From: an uncultured Candidatus Saccharibacteria bacterium
GTDB lineage: Bacteria > Patescibacteriota > Dojkabacteria > SC72
Direction: 5' to 3'
Assembly: GCA_964629715.1 (NCBI GenBank)
Contig: CAZVQY010000003.1
Location: 1 to 35,676 of the forward strand
DNA length: 35,676 bases
Shown: positions 24,802-34,700 of the stretch, one piece after another
How positions within the stretch are numbered: position 1 is the first letter of the stretch
Layout of the letters: each line of letters starts with the position of its first letter
Notes under the pieces: model-generated
Told to the model about the DNA's origin: nothing
What the model saw: only the letters and a program-made list of their open reading frames with translations
Databases searched by the model: none
Position numbers and translations under genes: made by a program

Positions 24802-25731
24802 CTACTTACAATCTAATGCTTCCTCGATTAATGTGCATGTCATTTCGGCAATTCCCTTTGTACTACTTGCTGGCCAATGTAGTTCTTTCCCATTAAAGAG
24901 AATCTTAGTATTGCTAAGCCTTCCAGTCTTAATATATATCCTCTCTTTAAACTCAAACTCTTTTTTTGATGTTTCAACCACCTGTGCCAATTGATTCACA
25001 TCATCGATATCTAGTCTAATCCAAGCTGGCGAATCAAAGACCTCAAGTGTAATGATCTTTTTCAATTCAACAGTTTGTTCGATTTGCTGAGGTTTGGTAT
25101 ATGTAACCTTTCTTGTTTCAACCGTTTCTTGTACATCATTGTTATTTTTCTTTGCTTTGATTGTTATCATGTTGGTTCCTTCGACTAGTTTCTCATCTGC
25201 AGAGAATGTTCCATCTTCGGCTATCTCAATTACAACACCATTAATTTCAATCGACACATCCTTCTCAGTTCTTCCTTCAACTCGAATACTCTCTTGTGAT
25301 ACATTAGAGTCTTGTGGAGGTTGAAGAACTTCAAGTTTTGGAGGAGATTGAAATTTATATATCTGGAGCAGTATGTATCCAATGACTGAGAGTGCGAAAA
25401 GTATCAACATTACCGTAATGATGAGTTTAGGGGTGATGTTTAACTTTCCCTTTCTAGGTGCTGGCTGTTTAAGAACAGCTTCCTGTTCAACCTTTTTGTT
25501 TGGATTTGTTCTTCTGTATAGGGCAAGAACTTTATTAATATCGAGGTTTAAATATTTCGCATATATTTTTATGAATCCTGTTAGAAATACTTCCGATTCG
25601 AATGGAGAGAACTCATCTTTTTCAATATATTGCAGAAATCTCTTCTGTATTTTCGTTTCAGAAGAGGCTGTATCAAGGCTAATCTTTAGATTTTCTCTTT
25701 TGTTTTTAAAAACTTCCCCTACTGTTACCAT
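24802..25731 (-). CDS. rodZ: RodZ-like cytoskeleton/shape protein (HTH + TM + C-terminal beta domain)
   Basis: N-terminal HTH VGEVFKNKRENLKISLDTASSETKIQKRFLQYIEKDEF with FLTGFIKIYAKYLNLD. TM LIITVMLILFALSVIGYILLQIY. C-terminal DUF4115-like segment (PAWIRLDIDD...ILFNGKEL). Confidence 0.75.
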   Translation of the reverse strand: MVTVGEVFKNKRENLKISLDTASSETKIQKRFLQYIEKDEFSPFESEVFLTGFIKIYAKYLNLDINKVLALYRRTNPNKKVEQEAVLKQPAPRKGKLNITPKLIITVMLILFALSVIGYILLQIYKFQSPPKLEVLQPPQDSNVSQESIRVEGRTEKDVSIEINGVVIEIAEDGTFSADEKLVEGTNMITIKAKKNNNDVQETVETRKVTYTKPQQIEQTVELKKIITLEVFDSPAWIRLDIDDVNQLAQVVETSKKEFEFKERIYIKTGRLSNTKILFNGKELHWPASSTKGIAEMTCTLIEEALDCK

Positions 25732-25737
25732 AGACCG

Positions 25738-25743
25738 ATTTTA
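25738..25743 (-). promoter_or_regulatory. -10-like hexamer TAAAAT exactly 6 nt upstream of the rodZ-like ATG
   Basis: Minus strand reads tttagtagTAAAATcggtctATG. No SD. Confidence 0.4.
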
Positions 25744-25824
25744 CTACTAAATGGTTTTGTTAGGAAGACAAAGGATTGTGATGTAGCTAAGGGGTGATGG
25801 TAGCATAACCAACATGTTTTAATA

Positions 25825-28038
25825 CTAATCTATCTCTGCATCATCACCCAATATCGCAGAGGCATCTTTTACGAGTACTTTCCTTGGTTTTGAACCTTCC
25901 TCAGGTCCTACGGCCCCAGCCTCATACAATTCATCCATGATTCTTGCCGCCTTGTTATATCCAATCTTCATCTTCCTCTGTAAGAAAGAAGCAGAGGCTT
26001 TCTGTGTCAGTATGACGATTTGAAGAGCCTTCTCAAAATCAGGATCTCTCTCTGTAGAGGCACTAAGACTTTCTCCCGTTTTCGCTTTCTCCATTGCATC
26101 TACCAGTCCGCTAGAATATTCAATATCCTCCTCGACTTGGGATTTAAGTGCATTGACAATATTCTCTGTATCTTCCGTGGAGGTGAAGGTGCATTGTATT
26201 CTGATTGGTTTGGGAGTTGTTTGATCCTTGTATAACATATCGCCATTTCCTAATAATGTTTCTGCCCCAGATTCATCTAATATAACTCTAGAGTCAATGA
26301 GTGTAGAAACAGCGAATGCCATTCTTCCTGGGATGTTTGACTTTATCAATCCTGTAATGACATCTACTGTAGGTTTCTGTGTCGCAAGAACAAGGTGAAT
26401 ACCTACAGCTCTCCCCATTTGGGCGATTCTTTGAATCTTTGTTTCAACTTCAATGCCTGAAGTGAGCATAAGATCGGCCATCTCATCAATTACAATCACG
26501 ATATATGGCATAGCAGTAAAGCCCATCTTCCCATTGTATTCTGCCAACTTTTTTGCATTAATCTGCTTTAACTGAGTATATCTCCTCATCATCTCTCCAA
26601 TAACCCACTCAAGAGCGTTTGTGACTAAGGACACATCAGTAACAACAGGGGTAAGAAGATGTGGTATGCCGTTGTACAATCCCATCTCTACACCCATCTT
26701 TGGGTCTACCATGATAAACTTAACCTCATCAGGGGTTTTTGTCATGAGCAGTCCTGCAAGGATGGAATTGATAGCTACGGACTTTCCTGTTCCAGTTGCC
26801 CCAGCTACGAGGAGGTGAGGGATTTTCCCGAGATCCTTTATTACTGTTTTTCCAGTTATATCTTTTCCTAGGATTAAAGGTAGCTCATACTTGTCTACCT
26901 CTTGGTTCAATTTCTTCACCATATCTCTCGTATATACGAAGTTAGGCGTAGGGTTAGGTATCTCAACTCCAATGAAAGAAGTTCCAGGAATAGGAGCTTC
27001 AATTCTTAGAGAGGCGGTCTGTGATGCTAGTGCAAGAGCCAAGTCATTGCTTAGGTTTTTCACTTTAGATACCTTTGTACCTGTACTAATACTGAGGGAG
27101 AATCGAAGAACGGTAGGTCCAACTGAGATAGCTACAACTTTCGATTGGATACCAAAATTCATAAGGGTTCGTTGTATTACAAGTGCTTTTTCTTTGTAAA
27201 GTTTCTCATCTTGCCTTTGAACTTCTTTTTCTTGAAGGATATCGATACCAGGGAAAATCCAGTCAGTATATTTAGGTTCTTGTGGTTTCCCACCGCTATT
27301 ATCTTCTGCTTCATACTTTGCCAACTGTATACGGGTTGGTTGAATATCACTATTGTCATCTCTGTTGATAATCTCGGCTATCCTTCTCTCTGTTTCCTGC
27401 TCAGACTGGATAATTGGTTCAGTGTCATCATCTTGGTCTGGTTGATTACTATCATGTATCTTTATATCATCCCCTTTTTCTTTCCTCTTGAAGAGGTCAA
27501 AAAGGCTTCCTTTATCGCCTTCTTCTTTTTTAGGTTCTGGAATTGAACCCTCAACAAAATCTCTAATCTGTTCCAGCGTAGTTCCAGTAACAAGAGAGAA
27601 GCCGATGATTAGAGTTATCAGTACAATTATCATCTCAATCAATCCTCCCAACACGCCATTGAGGGTTGTGTGTATATACTTTCCAATCTCACCAGAGGAT
27701 GTCATTAGTGACTCTGGATTATTTAACTGCTCTTTATTTTGCCAAAATGCCAAAAGAATTGAAATGGATAATGCAATCAAGAATATTCCAAATGCCTGTT
27801 TCCCATTAACCCCCTTCTTCTTTTTAAGAAGAAGAAACATAGAAAGGTATATTAAAAATATCCCCCATGGCAATGCCCCATATCCAAATATTAGGGCGAG
27901 TTGATTAAATATTGGTGCTGTATCAATTAGAAAAGGGGAGATAGTGACAGCTAATCCTGTTACAGAAAGTATTATTCCAAAAAATATCTGAGTCTCACTA
28001 CTCTTTATTGTAATCTTCTCTTTTTTCTTTTTAGGCAT
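25825..28038 (-). CDS. ftsK: DNA translocase FtsK/SpoIIIE
   Basis: Four N-terminal TM segments. Walker A VAGATGTGKSVAINSIL, Walker B YIVIVIDEMADL, GIHLVLATQKP. Winged-helix gamma domain ASASFLQRKMKIGYNKAARIMDELYEAGAVGP. Confidence 0.93.
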   Translation of the reverse strand: MPKKKKEKITIKSSETQIFFGIILSVTGLAVTISPFLIDTAPIFNQLALIFGYGALPWGIFLIYLSMFLLLKKKKGVNGKQAFGIFLIALSISILLAFWQNKEQLNNPESLMTSSGEIGKYIHTTLNGVLGGLIEMIIVLITLIIGFSLVTGTTLEQIRDFVEGSIPEPKKEEGDKGSLFDLFKRKEKGDDIKIHDSNQPDQDDDTEPIIQSEQETERRIAEIINRDDNSDIQPTRIQLAKYEAEDNSGGKPQEPKYTDWIFPGIDILQEKEVQRQDEKLYKEKALVIQRTLMNFGIQSKVVAISVGPTVLRFSLSISTGTKVSKVKNLSNDLALALASQTASLRIEAPIPGTSFIGVEIPNPTPNFVYTRDMVKKLNQEVDKYELPLILGKDITGKTVIKDLGKIPHLLVAGATGTGKSVAINSILAGLLMTKTPDEVKFIMVDPKMGVEMGLYNGIPHLLTPVVTDVSLVTNALEWVIGEMMRRYTQLKQINAKKLAEYNGKMGFTAMPYIVIVIDEMADLMLTSGIEVETKIQRIAQMGRAVGIHLVLATQKPTVDVITGLIKSNIPGRMAFAVSTLIDSRVILDESGAETLLGNGDMLYKDQTTPKPIRIQCTFTSTEDTENIVNALKSQVEEDIEYSSGLVDAMEKAKTGESLSASTERDPDFEKALQIVILTQKASASFLQRKMKIGYNKAARIMDELYEAGAVGPEEGSKPRKVLVKDASAILGDDAEID

Positions 28039-28045
28039 GTCTGAG

Positions 28046-28054
28046 AATATAATA
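28046..28054 (-). promoter_or_regulatory. Candidate -10 region (TATTATATT) 7-10 nt upstream of the ftsK ATG
   Basis: Minus strand reads cctATTATATTctcagacATG. Several overlapping -10-like hexamers (TATTAT/TTATAT/TATATT) and no SD. The register is ambiguous. Confidence 0.3.
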
Positions 28055-28061
28055 GGATATT

Positions 28062-28226
28062 ATGGGGAAATTTTCAAAGGGTACATGTTTTCTTGTCCAG
28101 GAAGTATCCTTCTATGGTGGAGATTTGGAGAACCTTTGTCTAGGTCTAGGACTCCTGAAAAACATATTTTTCGGGTCAGCGGTTCTAAACATCTTCCCAA
28201 ATTTCTGTAAAACTCTCAAAATATGA
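28062..28226 (+). CDS. Candidate small ORF (54 aa, hydrophobic core), below the ORF-track cutoff
   Basis: Hand translation gives MGKFSKGTCFLVQEVSFYGGDLENLCLGLGLLKNIFFGSAVLNIFPNFCKTLKI, stop TGA 28224-28226. TATAAT at 28048-28053 lies 8 nt upstream of ATG 28062. No homology evidence is available; it could be a chance ORF in a slightly GC-richer spacer. Confidence 0.3.
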   Translation: MGKFSKGTCFLVQEVSFYGGDLENLCLGLGLLKNIFFGSAVLNIFPNFCKTLKI

Positions 28227-28236
28227 CCCTGTACCG

Positions 28237-28265
28237 TTGACTTTCTATATGTATTATGATAAACT
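28237..28265 (+). promoter_or_regulatory. Candidate sigma-70 promoter for rpoBC: TTGACT - 17 nt - (TG)a TAAACT
   Basis: TTGACTttctatatgtattaTGaTAAACT has a near-consensus -35, a 17-nt spacer and an extended TG. It would give a leader of about 110 nt. Further -10-like boxes lie downstream (TTGATT 28278-28283 / TGgTATTGT 28299-28307; TGtTATAAC 28353-28361), so the true start site is uncertain. Confidence 0.35.
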
Positions 28266-28381
28266 TCCCAAAGTCGCTTGATTTTTGTGCCAAAAAAGTG
28301 GTATTGTGTGGTTCTTTTTTGAACTTTTGGGTATCACTTTATTCAAGTAATATGTTATAACATAACTTACAAAATATTCCT

Positions 28382-31300
28382 ATGCTAAAACCAAAAACTA
28401 ATAAGTCTGGGAGATTAAATCTGGGACTAAACTATTCAGGAGACTTTGAATTCCCAAATTTAATTGAAGCTCAGATTGCTTCCTTCGAGAATTTTAAAAA
28501 GGAAGGCTTCAAGAATCTCTTTAGTGAAATAAACCCCGTCAAGGACACAATGGAGAGGATGTGGACTTTAGAATTTAAAGATTTTAGATATGGTGATCCA
28601 TACAGAACAATAGATGAGGCAATAAGGAAGGGATTGTCATATGAGGTGCCTGTATATGCGAAGGTTCAGTTGATGAATAATAAGACAGGGGAGATAAAGG
28701 AACAGGAAATATTCATCGCTGATTTACCAGTTATGACTGATGATGGTGTTTTCATTTTCAATGGAGTTAGAAGAGTCGTCACTCACCAGATTGTTAGAGC
28801 TGAGGGAGTGTTGTATGAGGAATCTGATAAATTGCCAACGAGGACAATGTACAAGGTAAGATTAATGCCAGGTAAGGGTCCATGGTATGAGATTGATACA
28901 AATAGGCACAATGTGATTTCTATGAGAATTCTTCCAAAGAGACCTAAAGTTTTGATTACTGAACTTCTAAGAGTATTTGGCTGGGAGAGTGATGATGAAA
29001 TTAGGAAGTTGTTTGCAGATGTCGACACCAACGAGGAGAATAAGTATATTGAGTCTACACTAGCGAGAGATTTCTCAAAGAACAAGGAAGAGGCAGTGAT
29101 TAGTATTTACAACAAGTTAAGACCTGATGAGTCTGTAACTCTTGAGAGTGCAGAGAGGTATATAAAGAGCAACTTTTTTAATACAAGGAAGTTTGATTTG
29201 GGAAGAATTGGTAGATATCAGCTAAATAGGAAGCTAGGTACTACGTATGATATTAATAACCCTGATGAAGTGGTTTTATTCCCTAATGATATTATCTTGA
29301 TAGTTAAGAGATTAATCCAGATGAATAATGGCGCTGTAGAGCCTGATGATATTGATCACTTGGCAAACAGAAGGATTAGAAGTGTTGGGGAGATTTTGGA
29401 AAGACAGATGAATGCTGCAATTAGAAGATTGGAAAAGAATGTAAAGGACAAGATGAGTTTGTACGGTCAGGATGCGAAGGTTACTCCTTCTATGCTTGTA
29501 AGTACCAGACCAATTGCCGCATCTATTCAGTCATTTTTTGGTGCAAATGCACTTTCTAGCTTCATGGATCAGGCAAATATCCTGTCTGAATTGGAGAACA
29601 AGAGAAAAGTTACAGCTGGTGGTCCTGGCGGTATTGCAAAGGAGAGGGCGACATTCTCAATTAGAGAGGTCCACAACTCCCACTATTCCAAATTTGATCC
29701 GGTAACCAGTCCAGAGTCTTCAAATATTGGTGTTGTTGTACAGTTGGCAATGCTTGCTAAGATTAATGAATTCGGATTCTTGGAGGCTCCTTATACGAGG
29801 GTCTCAAATAGCGTTAAGAATAATCAGAAAGAATTGCTAAATAGAATACTTGGAGAAGACATAGAGAAGATTGGTAAGGCTGGGCAGTTGATAGATGAAA
29901 AATTAGCAAAGAAAATTTCAGAGGAGAAGAGTATTAAGGAGGTAAAGGTAAGACCTTTTATTACTCACGAGGTTGAATATTTAGACGCAATGGATGAGGA
30001 GGGGCACTATATCTCTGCAGCTACGATAAGGAGAGACGATTTCGGAAATATTTTAGACACATTGCTTCCTGTAAGACATAAGGGAGAGTTTTTGCTTGAA
30101 GATGTAGGTAAGGTTGCATATATAGATGCAATTGCAAGTCAGCAGGCAGGGTTAGGTATGGCATTGATTCCGTTTGTATCTCACAACGATGCAATGAGAG
30201 CGTTAGTTGGAGCAAATCAGCAAAGACAGGCTGTACCATTGGTAAAGCAGGAATCTCCATATATTGGTACGGGTATGGAAGAGGTTGTTGCAAGGCAGTC
30301 AACATGGGCAATATTTGCTCAAGATGATGGTGAAGTCTTGTATGCAGATGCAAACAAGATGACAGTGAAGTATAAAAAGAATGGTGTAAAAGATTATACT
30401 CTCACATCCTTCTATAGGAGCAATGATAATACTCCTTTTACACAGAAACCGGTATTAGAGGGTGGAGATAAATTCAGCAAGGGTGATGTATTAGTAGATG
30501 GCCCAAGTATGGTTAATGGTGAATTTGCAATAGGTATAAACCTTAGAGCGGCTCTAATGTTCTATGAAGGATATAATTACGAGGATTCCGTAATCATTTC
30601 GGATAGAGTTGTACGAGATGATTTACTCACCTCTGTCCATATTAGAGAATATAGTGTTGATATCAGAGATACTGAACTAGGTCCAGAGATTATCACAGCT
30701 GATATTCCACATGTGAATGATAGAGTATTACAGAAATTAGATGCACAGGGAATTGTAAGATCAGGAGTTCCAGTAAAATCAGGAGATATTTTAGTAGGTG
30801 TTGTTGCACCACGAGGTGAGAAAGAACTGACAGCAGAGGAGAGATTGCTTAGAGCTATCTTTGGGGAATCTGCAAGTGATGTAAGGGATAATTCCCTAAG
30901 AATTCCCCACGGAGAAGAAGGTATTGTAATCAGGAGTTTAGTACTTTCTGCAGATCAGGGTGACAAACTACAGCCTGGTGTATTACATCAGGTAAAAGTG
31001 TGGGTTGCAAATACAAAGAAACTAGGGTTTGGCGATAAGATTGCAGGAAGGCACGGAGATAAGAATACAGTTGCAGCAATTAGACCAATTGAAGATATGC
31101 CATTTACAGAAGATGGTGAGCCGGTTGATATTGTATTAACTCCAACATTCCTTAAAAGAATGAATATGGGACAGGGTGAAGAGGTTCACTTTGGTAAGTA
31201 TGCAAAGGAGTTAGGCCAAAGGTTAGCTTTCCCAATATTTGAAGGAGAAAACATGGAATGGTTAGAAGCAGAGATGAAGAAGAATGGCAAAAGTATGGAG

Positions 31301-31747
31301 CAAAGGGTTGACTTGTATGATGGAAGAACTGGAAAGAAATTCCCCAACAAAGTCACTGTTGGTACCAAGTATGTCTTGAAGCTACATCACATTGCAGATG
31401 AGAAAGTACATGCAAGATCCACTGGTCCATACACTGCAGTATCTCAACAGCCATTAGGAGGTAAAGCTCAGATGGGTGGGCAGAGGTTCGGAGAAATGGA
31501 AGTCTGGGCATTGGAATCCCACAGTGCACCATATGCACTCCAAGAGATGCTTACGATAAAGTCTGATGATATCAAGGGAAGATCTGACGCATACAAGGCC
31601 ATTATCCATGGTGACAAGATTGAGAATGTTAATATCCCAGAATCATTCAAAGTCCTTGTGAAGGAATTGAATGCTCTCTGTTTAAACATTGATTTAATTT
31701 CATCTAAACCTGAAGAAGAGGAGGCTGCACAAAATGAAGAAAAATAA
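28382..31747 (+). CDS. rpoB: DNA-directed RNA polymerase subunit beta
   Basis: 1121 aa. Hallmarks are FPNLIEAQIASFENF, RRIRSVGEIL, GANALSSFMDQANILSELENKRKV, HYSKFDPVTSPESSNIGVV, NQQRQAVPL, GRHGDKNTVA and GGQRFGEMEVWALESHSAPYALQEMLTIKSDD. Confidence 0.97.
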   Translation: MLKPKTNKSGRLNLGLNYSGDFEFPNLIEAQIASFENFKKEGFKNLFSEINPVKDTMERMWTLEFKDFRYGDPYRTIDEAIRKGLSYEVPVYAKVQLMNNKTGEIKEQEIFIADLPVMTDDGVFIFNGVRRVVTHQIVRAEGVLYEESDKLPTRTMYKVRLMPGKGPWYEIDTNRHNVISMRILPKRPKVLITELLRVFGWESDDEIRKLFADVDTNEENKYIESTLARDFSKNKEEAVISIYNKLRPDESVTLESAERYIKSNFFNTRKFDLGRIGRYQLNRKLGTTYDINNPDEVVLFPNDIILIVKRLIQMNNGAVEPDDIDHLANRRIRSVGEILERQMNAAIRRLEKNVKDKMSLYGQDAKVTPSMLVSTRPIAASIQSFFGANALSSFMDQANILSELENKRKVTAGGPGGIAKERATFSIREVHNSHYSKFDPVTSPESSNIGVVVQLAMLAKINEFGFLEAPYTRVSNSVKNNQKELLNRILGEDIEKIGKAGQLIDEKLAKKISEEKSIKEVKVRPFITHEVEYLDAMDEEGHYISAATIRRDDFGNILDTLLPVRHKGEFLLEDVGKVAYIDAIASQQAGLGMALIPFVSHNDAMRALVGANQQRQAVPLVKQESPYIGTGMEEVVARQSTWAIFAQDDGEVLYADANKMTVKYKKNGVKDYTLTSFYRSNDNTPFTQKPVLEGGDKFSKGDVLVDGPSMVNGEFAIGINLRAALMFYEGYNYEDSVIISDRVVRDDLLTSVHIREYSVDIRDTELGPEIITADIPHVNDRVLQKLDAQGIVRSGVPVKSGDILVGVVAPRGEKELTAEERLLRAIFGESASDVRDNSLRIPHGEEGIVIRSLVLSADQGDKLQPGVLHQVKVWVANTKKLGFGDKIAGRHGDKNTVAAIRPIEDMPFTEDGEPVDIVLTPTFLKRMNMGQGEEVHFGKYAKELGQRLAFPIFEGENMEWLEAEMKKNGKSMEQRVDLYDGRTGKKFPNKVTVGTKYVLKLHHIADEKVHARSTGPYTAVSQQPLGGKAQMGGQRFGEMEVWALESHSAPYALQEMLTIKSDDIKGRSDAYKAIIHGDKIENVNIPESFKVLVKELNALCLNIDLISSKPEEEEAAQNEEK
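31718..31724 (+). promoter_or_regulatory. Shine-Dalgarno GAGGAGG for rpoC, embedded in the 3' end of rpoB
   Basis: gaaGAGGAGGctgcacaaaATG with a 9-nt spacing. The rpoC ATG 31734 overlaps rpoB by 14 nt. Confidence 0.6.
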
Positions 31748-34700
31748 AAACAAATTTGATGACTTTGATATTCTAAAGATTTCTTTGGCATCTCCAGAGC
31801 AGATATTAAACTGGTCATATGGTGAGGTGACAAAGGCAGAGACCATTAACTATAGAACATTCAGGGCTGAACCAGACGGACTTTTCTGTGAAAAAATATT
31901 CGGTCCAACCAAGAATTACGAATGCTATTGTGGGAAATACAAGAAGATTAGATATAAGGGCATTGTTTGTGACAAGTGTGGAGTTGAAGTTACAACATCT
32001 GACGTGAGGAGAGAAAGAATGGGGCACATTGATTTAGCAATTCCAATTGCACATGTTTGGTTCGCATTTGGTATTCCTAATAAGATGTCTATACTTTTAG
32101 ATATCTCTCACAAAAAGATTCTTTCAGTTGTGTATTACACTAGGTATATGATTATTAGTATTGATGATGAGAAGAAGAAGGAATCAATTGACAAGGCGAT
32201 TGCTTTGAAAGATTCTGAAGTCGAGCAGTTACACAAAGATCTCGAAGAGGAATTAAATGAAACTGCAGAGGGCTTCGATTTGGAAATAAAAGAATTAAAG
32301 AAGTCCAAAGATAAAGGTCTTGACCTTAAAGTTAATCAGAGTGAACATAAGCGAAAACAGGCTCTTGCAAAAGTAAGAAGAGACTACGCTGAAAAAGAGG
32401 AAGAATTAGATAGTTTTTACACAAGGATTAACCAGTTAATTGAGAAGATGACTGTAGGGACTGTTATCTCTGAGGATGAATATTCAGATTTGGTAGATAG
32501 GGATTTGGTATTCTTTGATGCGCAGATGGGAGCAGAAGCAATAGAGCAGCTTCTTAAGAATTTAGATTTAGAAGGAGAGTTGAAGATTTTAAGGAAGAGA
32601 TTAGATAAGGAAAAGGGAGAGAAGAGATTAGCAACAATAAGAAGAATGCAATATCTAGAGGGTTTCTTGAAGAATGGTATGGAACCCAGTTGGATGGTAA
32701 TTAGAACGCTTCCAGTACTTCCTCCAGAATTACGACCAATTATCCCTTTGTCAGGAGGAAAATTTGCAACTTCTGACCTCAATGATCTCTATAGGAGAAT
32801 CATTAATAGAAATAACCGATTGAAGAGATTGATCGAGATTGGTGCACCTGATGTCATTTTAAGGAATGAGAAGAGAATGTTGCAGGAAGCGGTGGATGCA
32901 TTAATTGATAACTCTCACAGACCATCGAAAGCTATGATGAATAGCAAGAGATTGCCATACCAATCATTGACGGATGACTTGAGAGGAAAGAAAGGTATTT
33001 TCAGAAAGAATCTTTTAGGTAAAAGAGTCGACTATTCTGGAAGAGCTGTTATTGATGGAGATCCAAGTCTTAAATTCGACCAGTGTGGTATCCCAAAATC
33101 AGTGGCATTAGAAATGTTCAAACCATTTGTGATTTTCAAACTTTTGGATAAGGAGTTTGCTCCAAATGTCAGGGTAGCAAAAGAAATGATTGAAGAGGGG
33201 GAAGCAGTTATCTGGGACTTGTTAGAAGAAGTAATAAAAAATAAACCAGTGCTATTAAATAGGGCACCTACTTTACATAAATATAGTGTCCAGGCCTTCT
33301 ATCCAAGGCTTGTTGAGGGTGATGCCATTAGAATTCACCCATTGGTATGTAAGGCATTTAATGCAGACTTCGACGGTGACCAGATGGCCGTTCATGTACT
33401 TTTGACTGACGATGCGATTGAAGAGGCGAAGAGAGAGATGATGTCATCTCTGAATGTAGTAAATATCTCAAATGGTCAAGTTCTGGCATCTCCTGCAAAA
33501 GATATGTTAATCGGATTCTACATGATGACGAATCTTGTAGAAAGTAAGAAACCAAAATTATTTGCAAATGAGGATTTAGCAATTAAGGCATATGAGAGAG
33601 ATGATATTGATATTGATGAAGAAATAGTTGTCAGAGTGAAAGGTGAAATTCTTAATACATCTGTAGGGAGAGTGTTCTTTAATGAAATCTTACCTGAGTC
33701 CTATCCTTTCATTAACAAGCAGATTGATATTGGAGAAATTAAGAAGATAATTGATGATATCAAAAGTTCTGAGGAGCTCTCAGAAATTGTAGAACTCCTA
33801 GATAATATGAAGTTGTTAGGATTTAAATATGCAACAGATTTAGGATTCTCATTCGCAATGGAAGATTGTAAGGTTGATTTTGACTTAGACTCAGAGATTA
33901 AAAAGATTGAGGATAAGGATGAACAGTTACAGGAAAACTATCTCCAAGGTCTTATGACAAAGAAAGAGAAGGTTAAGCTCTCTACAAATATGTGGGATGA
34001 TTTTTCGAACGAAATTGCCGATATGGCATGGGAGAAATTACCAAAGAGCAATTCAATATATCAGATGGTAGAATCAGGTGGAAATGGTGGTAAAATCCAG
34101 GCGAGACAGGTTTTGACAATTAAAGGTGTTGTAAGAGACTCAAGAGGGAATCTAGTTGCTATGCCGATTAAGAGCAACTATAGAGATGGATTAAGTGCTT
34201 TTGAATATTTTGTTGCAGCAAATGGTGGAAGAAAAGGTATCGCAGATAGATCTCTTAAGACCTCTTCCTCGGGTTATCTTACCAGGAAACTTGTTGATGT
34301 TGCCCATGATGTAATTATTCGAGAAGATGATTGTGGGTATGATGGAAAAGGTTTTGCGATAAAGAGAGAGGATGATAGAAGAATTGGTTTTAGGGATAGA
34401 ATTTTTGGAAGGGTCCTTGCACAGGATGTTACTTCTGGAAAAAATGTAATTGGGAAGAAAAATGAAATCGTAAACCAAGAAATGGCAGAAAAGATAGACA
34501 AAGAAGGGATTAGCGAGGTATATGTTAGAACACCTTTGTTGTGTAATGCACCACTTGGTATTTGTAAGAAGTGCTATGGATTGAATCTTGAGAACAATAA
34601 GGAGATTGATATGGGAAGAGCAGTGGGCGTAATTGCTGCTCAGTCTATCGGAGAGCCTGGTACACAGATGACTATGCAAACATTCCATAAGGGTGGAGTG

